Source: a virus (lineage: Duplodnaviria; Caudoviricetes). From it: 53,969 nucleotides of DNA. The notes beneath the pieces were generated by a model. The model was not told the origin of the DNA. It did not search any database and was given only the letters and a program-made list of their open reading frames with translations. The first letter of the stretch is position 1, and every line of letters starts with the position of its first letter. The stretch covers positions 1 through 53,969 of the IMG/VR virus record IMGVR_UViG_3300018080_000224; one strand, written 5' to 3'. Shown here one piece after another: positions 7,854 through 17,064 of the stretch. The position numbers were made by a program, and so were the translations under genes.

Positions 7854-10800
7854 TTATGTTGCAATAATACCATGTGCTCTTAGTTTCCCAAGTAAGTCAT
7901 TAACTTGAGCCTTAAGTTCATTAATTAGATCTCTTTCCTCTGTGCCGTAGGTTGCATCCGCATCCGCTGTTGCTACACTTGCAACCGCAGCCTGTTGTGT
8001 CGTTAAAACTTGCGTTCCTGCCATTTCAATATTACCTCTGGTAATATTAACATTACCATCAGTGCCTGAATTTGCTGCAGCACCTGGAGTTATATCAATG
8101 TCACCACCATCGTAGTTATTGGTATCAGTACCCTCTGCATCACCAGCTTCAATAGTTAACTTCTTACCAGCGGCATTTAAAACTGTATCGTCTTGCTTGA
8201 TGGATTGATTTGATATTTCTAATCGGTCCCCATCAGGGCAGTTATCAGCTCCAGCATAATATGCCCCTTCAAAATAGGCATTTCTAAAAGCATATAAATT
8301 AGCACCACCTATATCTATAGAACCGCCGCCATAAATAGTTTGGCTAGCTAATGTGTAACCTGGCCCTATTGTAAAATTGCTAGTGAAAGTAGTGCCCGAT
8401 CGATACCCTATTTCAGGGGCATTCGCTATTTGCTTTATTGTCAACCCTTTTGTAGTAGATCCTCCATCATAAAAGGTAGTAGTAGTCGAATTTGCACCTG
8501 ATATAATATCATATCCACGACAGGACATCATAAGACGACTCAACCCACTAGTTGTAGCAGCATATATATTTACGCTACTAGAGGCTAGTGCCCCTGCATA
8601 CCCCGTCGTCCCTGACTTAAGATTAAGATTCCCTCCCAAGACTGCAGCCGTATCTGTTGTGTTTCCTGCCTGAATTGTTATATCATTTCCAGCCCCAGAA
8701 CTTACTGAAGCTTTAGATATACTCCAAGCAGATGTAGTATCTGTATTAACTAAGTCTCCGGTTGTATCTGCAAGGCTGAGAGCACTATCTTGGACATTCT
8801 TTGACCCACCATCTCCTCGAACGATTCTGTTATCTGCAACAACTGCAGAGGAGGATACATCGCCCCAAACCGCTGGAGCAGTCCACTGGGCCTCATTAGA
8901 AGCATTAACCCAAGAAAGTAAATACCCATCTTGTCCGGCACCCAAGGAAACATTAGAAATCGGATTTCCCTGAAGTTCATCCGCATTCCATATAGCCTCA
9001 TCGTTATCAGCTGTTAGATCTGTAATATTAGAGCCGTTATCTCGAAAATATAATTTTGTTGTTCCACCATCATCCGCTACATAGAGACGACCTTTATTGG
9101 CTGCTGGATCACTAGGGCTACCCCACTCCTGCATATCCATATATTCTGAGGTTATAGTAGTTTTGCCATCAACATCAAAAGATGATGAGGCATATACATT
9201 GACTGGGCGGTCCGCTGAAGCGTTACCTATATTACATGCACTGTCAAAAGTCAGATTCTGATAAGATTTAAATTCTGCTGCATCACCTTCAAAAATATAA
9301 GTTTCGAGTCCAGCACTATCAGAACACGTCAATCTAATTTTATTTGCGTAACCGGTGCCAGTATTTTCTTTGGTTATACAGACAAGCTTACCCACCACTT
9401 TGGGTGGATTGACAGCATCAATTTGAACGTTCCAATTTGTTTCACCAAGAGATTCTCCTGAGGAAATATTGCTTGGAGATCCTACAGTGCCTCCACCACG
9501 TATAAAGCTCAAAAAATTATATTGAGAAGAATTATTAAAAGTACTAAGCATGACGCATGCGGGATAGACGGCACCACTTCCGGAAGCAAATATTCCTTGT
9601 GCTAAGGAGGGGATAGGTGCTCCATAAAGAGTTGTCAGCATATTTGCATAAGACTTTGCATCGGGACCCACCAGTATCATAGAGCCGTCTGAAACCTCAA
9701 CATAGCCTTTCGTAGCATTGGAAGTTGATTCTAATAGAAGACTTCCAGCGGAGGCCGTACTACCCCGAACCGCAGGTGTAGCTAACTCATTGGATAGAAA
9801 TGCATCTTTAAACCTAGCTCCAGGACTGCCAAGATCATATGTAGCATCATTCCCTGTTGGAAGTATATCCGAGGTAACTGCATCTGACCACAGATCACCA
9901 CCACCGCCTGCTGCTTCCCAGGTGAGTGTTGGAGCACCTCCATTATAATTGTATCGTAGAAATTCGGCATCATCTCCCGACACAGGAGCCGTAATGGAAA
10001 TACCCCGTAGTTTATCTGCATTCCATTGTGCGGTTCCATTACCTACCTGAGAAGCTGAAACGCTATGGGGATTAGAAGTTGAGGATATATGTGTTTGAAT
10101 ATTAGCATTGATCGGCTCATATAAACCAGCATGATCGCCCCATCCATAGGCGGTATTGTAGTTTGCGATATCAGAATCAGTAAAGTTCTGTGCAGCGATC
10201 TGCATACTAGTTTTAGCGTAGACATTATTTGGCCGAGTATCACTTGCTGCACCAATATCTCCACCACCATCAGTGGTCCACAGAATATCAGTATCATTAA
10301 GTTTAAAATTACCAGAACTACCAAATCTCGCAACTTCACTACTATTGATATTAAATAATAATGGATTAGCTCCTGATTGAGAAATAGATCCGTCAGCTAT
10401 TGTGGTAGTAGCTCCAACATTTACTGAACCAGAAAAGTAAGCATCTTTCCAACGAGCTGAAGAAGAACCTATATCATAAGTAGCATCGTCACCAACTATA
10501 GGAGTAAAATCTTGAAAATTGTCAGCATTAAGATGAAAAGAAAGAGGATCAGCCTCAACTCCGCCGCCACCAACTAAATTGTGTACTGTACCAGAAGTAT
10601 CTTTCCATTTAATTTCATCATCGGCAGTATCTATAAACAAAGATCCATTAACAGCAGTAGCAGCAGCTATAGCAGTCCAAGATCGAACTTCAGTTAAATC
10701 ATATAAATCAAAATTGCCTAAAGGAATATCGGCAGTAGGCGTAGTAGTACCACCTAAAGCTATGGCACTAGCTTGAGCAGCAGTAACTGTATGAGGATTA

Positions 10801-12713
10801 GAGGTAGAACTTAAATGACTATCTATAGTAGCATGAGTATTAGTACCTTTATCAGTTAAAGAGGTATGAGATTTAGTAGTTAAGTCAGCTAAATCTGAAA
10901 CTGTTTTATCAATTTGTGCCCAAGTATAATCATTAGAAGATGAAGTTACGGCTCCAGTTCTAGTATTAAAACTAGTTACTACAGCAGAAGTTGCAGACCA
11001 TTCAGCAGTTTCTGCTCCAGTAACTTTCAATATTTTACCAATATCTGCAACTTCTGCTTTAGGAAGTAGAGCATAAGGTCTTGGTCTGACATCTTCACCA
11101 ACTAAACCACTATTAAGAAGAGTTATTGATCCTCTAGGTAAATGTCTAACAAAATTAATTCCATAATGACTAGTACTAGAAGGTTTAGTTCCAGCATTAT
11201 CCCAATCAACGGTTATAGAACCAGAAGATTCACTATCTTCACAGTAAATACCAGAAACTTGTTCATATAATTGACTACCCATTATATATGTATTTTGATA
11301 ATCAATATAATTTACTATATTAGCATGGATAGAGTTTGAGCCTTCAAATCTACAATCCTTGAATTGCAACTCATTTCCACCTAAACTAGAACCAGCAATT
11401 CCAGTAATTGTTACTGAATAATCAGAAGTTGAAGAGTTAATAGATACACCAACAACCTTAAGGTCCCAAGGTTCTGGATCAGTACTATTGTCTTCTATTC
11501 TTAAAGCAGTTCCTGCGTATTGTATTCTAGTGACCCCTTGACCAAAACCATAAAGATTAATTCCATGATAGTCTAGTAAAACTTGTTCTGAATATTCCCC
11601 AGGACTGACTATAATATTCACTGGATTAGTATAACTAGGAAGTGGAGATAATGATTTAGCTGCGGTTATAGCAGCTCCTATAGTTAAAAATGGATCTAAA
11701 GATGATCCAGAATTAGAATCATTTCCACCCTTACTGACATTTAAAGTTCTTGTTAAATAGTTAGATTTTAATGTTAGATCACTAGTATCAACTATACCAT
11801 GAACAGATGTTGAGGCCAAAATATGACTATCAATAGCAGTATGACTATTACTTCCGATATCTTGAATATTTAAATGGCTTATACTAGATTCAGAATAATG
11901 AATAGAACTATCAGATATGTGACTGTCAATTTGAGAATGAGCATTTGTTCCTATATCAGTTAAATCGCTATGTAATCTACTACTAAATTGTGATAATGCT
12001 CCAGATTGTAATGCCAAATCAGAGGTATCTACTATTCCATGAATAGCAGTAGTGTCAGACTCATGGCTAGTTAGTTGACTTTTATTAATAGCATCATTAG
12101 GATCTGTACCGTCATCTAAATCTGTTAACTTATTAGAATCCCAACTAATGTCTGTAGTAGGAGGCTGAGTATTATCCCTCAGAATGGCACTAGAGGATAC
12201 TGAGGATAATTGATCAAAATTTACAGCGTCGGCAAGATTAGCTCCGTCAGCTAAATTAGTTATCTTATAACTACCCCAAGAAATATTAGCTCTCGGAGGT
12301 CTGTCTCCGTCTCGTCCAATATCATCGCTCCAATCCAGATCGACCCTCTGGACTTCCCAGGTACTTGATTCAGAGGAATAGGCAAGTAGTTTTTGAGCAT
12401 TGTCCGTCCCTTGTAATATGTAAATTACATCCCCATCCATCGGCTCGGAATTAAACCTTTGAAGGTCTTTCTGCACTAGCCAATGCAGAGAATTATCAAC
12501 TACTACAAGTTCATATACTCTATTATTTAAACTAGTATCACTTAAATTAGTAAAAATAACTCTAGTGCCTCTAGTTATAGAAGCACCGTCAATTGTAATT
12601 GTACTACCTGAAGGTAAACTAACTGACGTGTTATCCCAAACAAGGACAGCCGGCCTATTATTAAATTTACCTATATCAGGGTTATTATAAAATCTATGAA
12701 AAATCTTTGCCAT
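7854..12713 (-). CDS. long mosaic tail fibre / receptor-binding protein
   Basis: AAGGAG SD favours ATG 12713; YadA-like KITNLADG..DAVN motifs, His-rich IGTNxHxxIDSHI repeats, pectin-lyase-like beta-helix start VSKGGNDSNSGS..PFLTI, C-terminal coiled coil. Confidence 0.85.
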   Translation of the reverse strand: MAKIFHRFYNNPDIGKFNNRPAVLVWDNTSVSLPSGSTITIDGASITRGTRVIFTNLSDTSLNNRVYELVVVDNSLHWLVQKDLQRFNSEPMDGDVIYILQGTDNAQKLLAYSSESSTWEVQRVDLDWSDDIGRDGDRPPRANISWGSYKITNLADGANLADAVNFDQLSSVSSSAILRDNTQPPTTDISWDSNKLTDLDDGTDPNDAINKSQLTSHESDTTAIHGIVDTSDLALQSGALSQFSSRLHSDLTDIGTNAHSQIDSHISDSSIHYSESSISHLNIQDIGSNSHTAIDSHILASTSVHGIVDTSDLTLKSNYLTRTLNVSKGGNDSNSGSSLDPFLTIGAAITAAKSLSPLPSYTNPVNIIVSPGEYSEQVLLDYHGINLYGFGQGVTRIQYAGTALRIEDNSTDPEPWDLKVVGVSINSSTSDYSVTITGIAGSSLGGNELQFKDCRFEGSNSIHANIVNYIDYQNTYIMGSQLYEQVSGIYCEDSESSGSITVDWDNAGTKPSSTSHYGINFVRHLPRGSITLLNSGLVGEDVRPRPYALLPKAEVADIGKILKVTGAETAEWSATSAVVTSFNTRTGAVTSSSNDYTWAQIDKTVSDLADLTTKSHTSLTDKGTNTHATIDSHLSSTSNPHTVTAAQASAIALGGTTTPTADIPLGNFDLYDLTEVRSWTAIAAATAVNGSLFIDTADDEIKWKDTSGTVHNLVGGGGVEADPLSFHLNADNFQDFTPIVGDDATYDIGSSSARWKDAYFSGSVNVGATTTIADGSISQSGANPLLFNINSSEVARFGSSGNFKLNDTDILWTTDGGGDIGAASDTRPNNVYAKTSMQIAAQNFTDSDIANYNTAYGWGDHAGLYEPINANIQTHISSTSNPHSVSASQVGNGTAQWNADKLRGISITAPVSGDDAEFLRYNYNGGAPTLTWEAAGGGGDLWSDAVTSDILPTGNDATYDLGSPGARFKDAFLSNELATPAVRGSTASAGSLLLESTSNATKGYVEVSDGSMILVGPDAKSYANMLTTLYGAPIPSLAQGIFASGSGAVYPACVMLSTFNNSSQYNFLSFIRGGGTVGSPSNISSGESLGETNWNVQIDAVNPPKVVGKLVCITKENTGTGYANKIRLTCSDSAGLETYIFEGDAAEFKSYQNLTFDSACNIGNASADRPVNVYASSSFDVDGKTTITSEYMDMQEWGSPSDPAANKGRLYVADDGGTTKLYFRDNGSNITDLTADNDEAIWNADELQGNPISNVSLGAGQDGYLLSWVNASNEAQWTAPAVWGDVSSSAVVADNRIVRGDGGSKNVQDSALSLADTTGDLVNTDTTSAWSISKASVSSGAGNDITIQAGNTTDTAAVLGGNLNLKSGTTGYAGALASSSVNIYAATTSGLSRLMMSCRGYDIISGANSTTTTFYDGGSTTKGLTIKQIANAPEIGYRSGTTFTSNFTIGPGYTLASQTIYGGGSIDIGGANLYAFRNAYFEGAYYAGADNCPDGDRLEISNQSIKQDDTVLNAAGKKLTIEAGDAEGTDTNNYDGGDIDITPGAAANSGTDGNVNITRGNIEMAGTQVLTTQQAAVASVATADADATYGTEERDLINELKAQVNDLLGKLRAHGIIAT

Positions 12714-12768
12714 TTTTTCTTCCTTCAACAATATTTATGATATAAAACTTTTTATTTATTAAATACGT

Positions 12769-15273
12769 TTATGCTGTAAAATCAGTGTCAGCTCTTGGTC
12801 CTACAGCCGTAAAGTGAATAAAGAATGTACCAGTAGTTAGAGAATTCTGATATACTTTAACTATGCAAGCTGAATGATCTACACCATCTAAGTAAGGTAC
12901 ATACCAGTTACCAATTCCATTCCTGTCTGCAGTCAGAGTTACAGTAGCGTAGGTTTTAAAATTTTGATCGTAGTTTATTCGAAAACTAGTTGCTGTAGTA
13001 TTATCAATTATAAAACCATCTCCGTATGCTTTAGTAATTGTAGTAAAATCTCCTGGAGTACCGGACATAACTATCTGAACAATCCCACGAATTACTTTGA
13101 TATTATTATCTGAACCTTCATTTCCAACGACTGCGTTTTTACCGTTTATAGATAATATATTGGCTCCACCTGAATCTAAACTCGTCCAGCTACGTAGTGT
13201 GATTGCTTTTGAAGTTTGCACTGCAATACCAGGATTAAATCCACTCGTATTTGCTCCTGTTATACGTGTCAGTGTATTATCAGCATTCATTACTGCAAGT
13301 GCACCAGAAGTTAGCAAAGTCCCACTAGAATTAGATATAGTGGGGCCGCCAGCAGTAAATTCAATACCGCCAGATCCTATACTTAAATAGTTTCCACTTG
13401 CAGAATTTGATAATAGAACACCACCGGCTAATTGAAGTTGATCACTTACATTTAGCCGATTATTTGCGCTTCTACTCAATATTGGACCATTAAGATCCAA
13501 AAATTGTAACTCATTAGTTAGCAAAAATCGCAGATCAGAAGCTTTTGATAAAATAGGGGGATTTGGATCAACTCCAACTCTTAATTTCTCAGCTTGCAGG
13601 GTCATAGTATTAGGAATTCCATCAGCATTAAAATGTAGTATATTAGTACTATCATCAAAAACTACATCATCGTCCGCACTTAAACCTTGTATTGATCCTA
13701 AAGCTGCAGCATAATCACTCCATATTCCGGCATCTCTTCTAACAAATAAAACGTAAGAATTTTCATTAAAAGGAGCAGAAATATCAGAAAAAGAATCTTT
13801 ATACACTGTAGTAGAGCCATTAACTAGGGCGTCATTTACAGTTAAAGTATCATTAACATTATCAATAGAAGTAATATATGTAATAGTATTAGCGGAATCT
13901 CTTATAACATTGCCAATTCTAATATCAGATAAATCAGGAGATCCGCTCAACGTAATAGTAGTTCCACCACTAGATATATTATAAACTTGATTTCCCTTAT
14001 CTATAGCACCACCTGAAGAATTAAGTTCATATACAATTGCTCCGCCGTCTATAATAACAACTGTATTATTTGATATAGTATTATTATTTCCATAAGGATT
14101 TACTAAAGTAAAATCAGCAGTCCATTGTAATTCTTCTGTATTTGGAGTAGCATCCCAATTAAGAGTACCGGGCATAGTTGCAATAGTTTGTAATTTTTGA
14201 TTAAAAAGATTTTCAAAATCTACTTGTGACTGTGTCGTCTCTCTTAGATCAGATATTCTAGATGCATGAACTATTTCGTCTGTACTATTCCAGTCAATAT
14301 CAGCAGAACTAACAAAAATTTTACCTATAGGATTACCAGTAGATCCTTCGGCATGCAGAATGTCATTTTTCCAAACTTGATACGTAGTTCCATTAGTTAT
14401 TGTTGGATCTAACTGTCCTACTTCTTTATCTAATCGTAATACTATATTAGTTGGAGTAGCATCATTAAATATATCAGTTATATAATATGAATTGCCGACA
14501 CTATCAACTAATCGACCACCTTGAAATCTTTCTTGATCTGAAGAAGAATTTGGGAGTACTCTTCCACCAACTCCTGGGTCGTTTCTCAATACAATTTCTA
14601 CATTTCTACCATCTACTTCTTCTGAACCTGATAGAGGATTAGTACTAATCAAATCCCCCGGTCCACTTCCAGTTGGAGAAATAGTTACAAAATTTACCAA
14701 ATTTTGATCTGAAGTATCATTAGTATAAGGTATAGGAGCTTCATCAATAGATGATGTTGGTACAACATTAAGCTTATATGTTACTCGAACTTTCTGAGCT
14801 GTGGATTCAGTTAAATTAGCATTTTTAATAAATGGATCTTCTACATTAGTAATAACTTCTTCTTCTGCACTAACAACTATAGAATAATTATTAGTTGGAG
14901 TAGTTCCACCATCATTAAAAGTAATTAATTTGCCTTCGCCATTAGGGTCATCAACAATAGTAACTGCAGTAGGAAGTATACCAGAAGTAAGCACATTTCC
15001 TGAAACTAAATGATCCTTTGGTGACTTAATAACAAAAGGAAACCCTTCGTACCAAGCTTCTCCGTATTTTACTACAACTTCAGTAGAAGACCGCATATCA
15101 GCTTTAAAAGCATCACCAACAAATGCATTTCCTATAGTATTTTTAATACTTTTTCGAAAATACTCAAGCATTTGTAATTCTATATCAGTAGCTTCACTGG
15201 CAAGTAAATATTTACCTTCTACATATCTGGATCGTAAATATCGACTAGCTCTAAATGTATTAAACTTTAAAAT
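12769..15273 (-). CDS. baseplate-proximal tail fibre/receptor platform protein, probable ATT start
   Basis: follows baseplate wedge genes; frame is open 34 codons upstream of ATG 15171 to an ATT 5 nt after GGAGGT. Confidence 0.7.
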   Translation of the reverse strand: MLKFNTFRASRYLRSRYVEGKYLLASEATDIELQMLEYFRKSIKNTIGNAFVGDAFKADMRSSTEVVVKYGEAWYEGFPFVIKSPKDHLVSGNVLTSGILPTAVTIVDDPNGEGKLITFNDGGTTPTNNYSIVVSAEEEVITNVEDPFIKNANLTESTAQKVRVTYKLNVVPTSSIDEAPIPYTNDTSDQNLVNFVTISPTGSGPGDLISTNPLSGSEEVDGRNVEIVLRNDPGVGGRVLPNSSSDQERFQGGRLVDSVGNSYYITDIFNDATPTNIVLRLDKEVGQLDPTITNGTTYQVWKNDILHAEGSTGNPIGKIFVSSADIDWNSTDEIVHASRISDLRETTQSQVDFENLFNQKLQTIATMPGTLNWDATPNTEELQWTADFTLVNPYGNNNTISNNTVVIIDGGAIVYELNSSGGAIDKGNQVYNISSGGTTITLSGSPDLSDIRIGNVIRDSANTITYITSIDNVNDTLTVNDALVNGSTTVYKDSFSDISAPFNENSYVLFVRRDAGIWSDYAAALGSIQGLSADDDVVFDDSTNILHFNADGIPNTMTLQAEKLRVGVDPNPPILSKASDLRFLLTNELQFLDLNGPILSRSANNRLNVSDQLQLAGGVLLSNSASGNYLSIGSGGIEFTAGGPTISNSSGTLLTSGALAVMNADNTLTRITGANTSGFNPGIAVQTSKAITLRSWTSLDSGGANILSINGKNAVVGNEGSDNNIKVIRGIVQIVMSGTPGDFTTITKAYGDGFIIDNTTATSFRINYDQNFKTYATVTLTADRNGIGNWYVPYLDGVDHSACIVKVYQNSLTTGTFFIHFTAVGPRADTDFTA

Positions 15274-15297
15274 GGCACACCTCCAGGTTTACACAAA

Positions 15298-17064
15298 TTA
15301 TATAAATATAAACCCTGCTTTTGTTTTAAATGGGATATATAAAGACAACAAATTATTTAAAACTATAAATCTATTAGTATTAAGAGGAGATAATACTACA
15401 TAATTTCCGCCAGCAGTTCTGTTCTTAACTATTCCTCTAACAGTTATTGTAGTGGCAGTATTTGCTATTATCTCAAAAACATCGTTAATTTCAGCCTGAT
15501 TAGGTAACAAAAAATTGCCAACCAAGCTATCAACAGCACCAAAAGTAGCAGTACTGTCTGTTAGTATTGTATTACCTCCAGATAAAACAATACTCTCACT
15601 CTCCCCAACATGAAGAGCAACATTTGGTATATTTATTACAAATTCTTTAAACGTAAAAAATCCAGGTATAACAATCCCAGGAAGAGTAGTAGCAAATCTT
15701 CCGCCCTCTATAAATGGATCAGGCTGCACTAATCTAGTATTAGTACTTCCTAATGTTGGAGAATACCAACGTAATGCGTCTATATTCTTAACATCATCAT
15801 TAATAGCTTCATCAAAATCAGCAGTACCATCAGTAATATCCCAAGTAGTTATAATTTTAATAAATAAAGCTATTCCTTCTTTAGTACCCTTTAATTTCCA
15901 CGCAGACAAAAGATCATTAGCTATTCTTCTTAATGTGTCTATTCCCAATGAATACCCAACAGAAGGAAGTCCAGTCTGCTCAGAAAGGGGAGTTAAAGCT
16001 GAAACAAAAACAGTATGGGTATTTTGAAGTCTATAAGTTTCTACCAGAGCATGTAATTCATTAAATTGAAATCCAAATACTTTCATTAAATCATATAAGT
16101 CGCCAGTAGCATCTAATCTTCTATAAAAAGTAGGCCAGTAATTATATATAGTATTACCAAAATCTTTATCTGCTATATTTAATGCAGATACTTGAGTAGA
16201 ATCTTCACTTTTATAAGTTCCAGATTCTACCTGAGCTACGTTTAAATTTAAATCGTAAGTAAAAGCTGTATAATAATAAAATACATTATCTCTAAGGCCA
16301 CTTCCAGAAGGAGGATTAGTAGTAGCTTCAGACTCTATTTTAAAATTATCAACAAAAGATATAATAGTATCTACATTATTAAAACTATTAAGTATGGACA
16401 TTCCAGCTCCAATAACAGGAATATCTGGAGTAGAACTATTATCATAAAAATAAACAGTATCTTCAGTATTACTTTTTACAATATACCTATTATCATTTCC
16501 ATCCTTAAATATAAGATTAGCTAATTCGTCTGTCTCAAATTTTATTAATTGTATAGTGCCATTAATAACACTAACTAAATCTTTTATATAAAAATTACCA
16601 GCAGTAGTTCTAATATCATTTTCAAAATCAGTAGATTCTCTTATACTTGAGGGGAAATCTGCTAAAACTACATAAGGACCTATAGCAGGAGTTTCATTTT
16701 CTACTAATTTTATTGAGCTAACACTACTTTCTGATATTTTAAAAACATTACTGCTAGAATCTCTAAGTAACCTTCCACCCATATTAATAGGCATATTATT
16801 ACTAGAGTCATTTAGTTCTCCTGCAGAAGATGAATCAGCAGGCTCTACTGGAGCTTCCGTTTTCCAGTTAAGTATCTCAATTCCCCTATTATCACTAACA
16901 GTAGTAGGATAAGCTGTATTCTCTAATTCCATAAGGAAATGAGAAATTGACCTATGGACCAATATATGATCATTAGTATTATTAAAATCCAGAGGTTGAT
17001 CCCAAGTTAAATTAATAGAACCTGGATTTGAAGCTGTAGCTGTAAAGTTTCTAACCAACGCCAC
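15298..17064 (-). CDS. baseplate wedge protein (P2 gpI / T4 gp7 / Afp12-like)
   Basis: YWPTFYRRLD...LRRIANDLLSAWKLKGTKEGI motif; follows baseplate J. Confidence 0.8.
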   Translation of the reverse strand: MALVRNFTATASNPGSINLTWDQPLDFNNTNDHILVHRSISHFLMELENTAYPTTVSDNRGIEILNWKTEAPVEPADSSSAGELNDSSNNMPINMGGRLLRDSSSNVFKISESSVSSIKLVENETPAIGPYVVLADFPSSIRESTDFENDIRTTAGNFYIKDLVSVINGTIQLIKFETDELANLIFKDGNDNRYIVKSNTEDTVYFYDNSSTPDIPVIGAGMSILNSFNNVDTIISFVDNFKIESEATTNPPSGSGLRDNVFYYYTAFTYDLNLNVAQVESGTYKSEDSTQVSALNIADKDFGNTIYNYWPTFYRRLDATGDLYDLMKVFGFQFNELHALVETYRLQNTHTVFVSALTPLSEQTGLPSVGYSLGIDTLRRIANDLLSAWKLKGTKEGIALFIKIITTWDITDGTADFDEAINDDVKNIDALRWYSPTLGSTNTRLVQPDPFIEGGRFATTLPGIVIPGFFTFKEFVINIPNVALHVGESESIVLSGGNTILTDSTATFGAVDSLVGNFLLPNQAEINDVFEIIANTATTITVRGIVKNRTAGGNYVVLSPLNTNRFIVLNNLLSLYIPFKTKAGFIFI

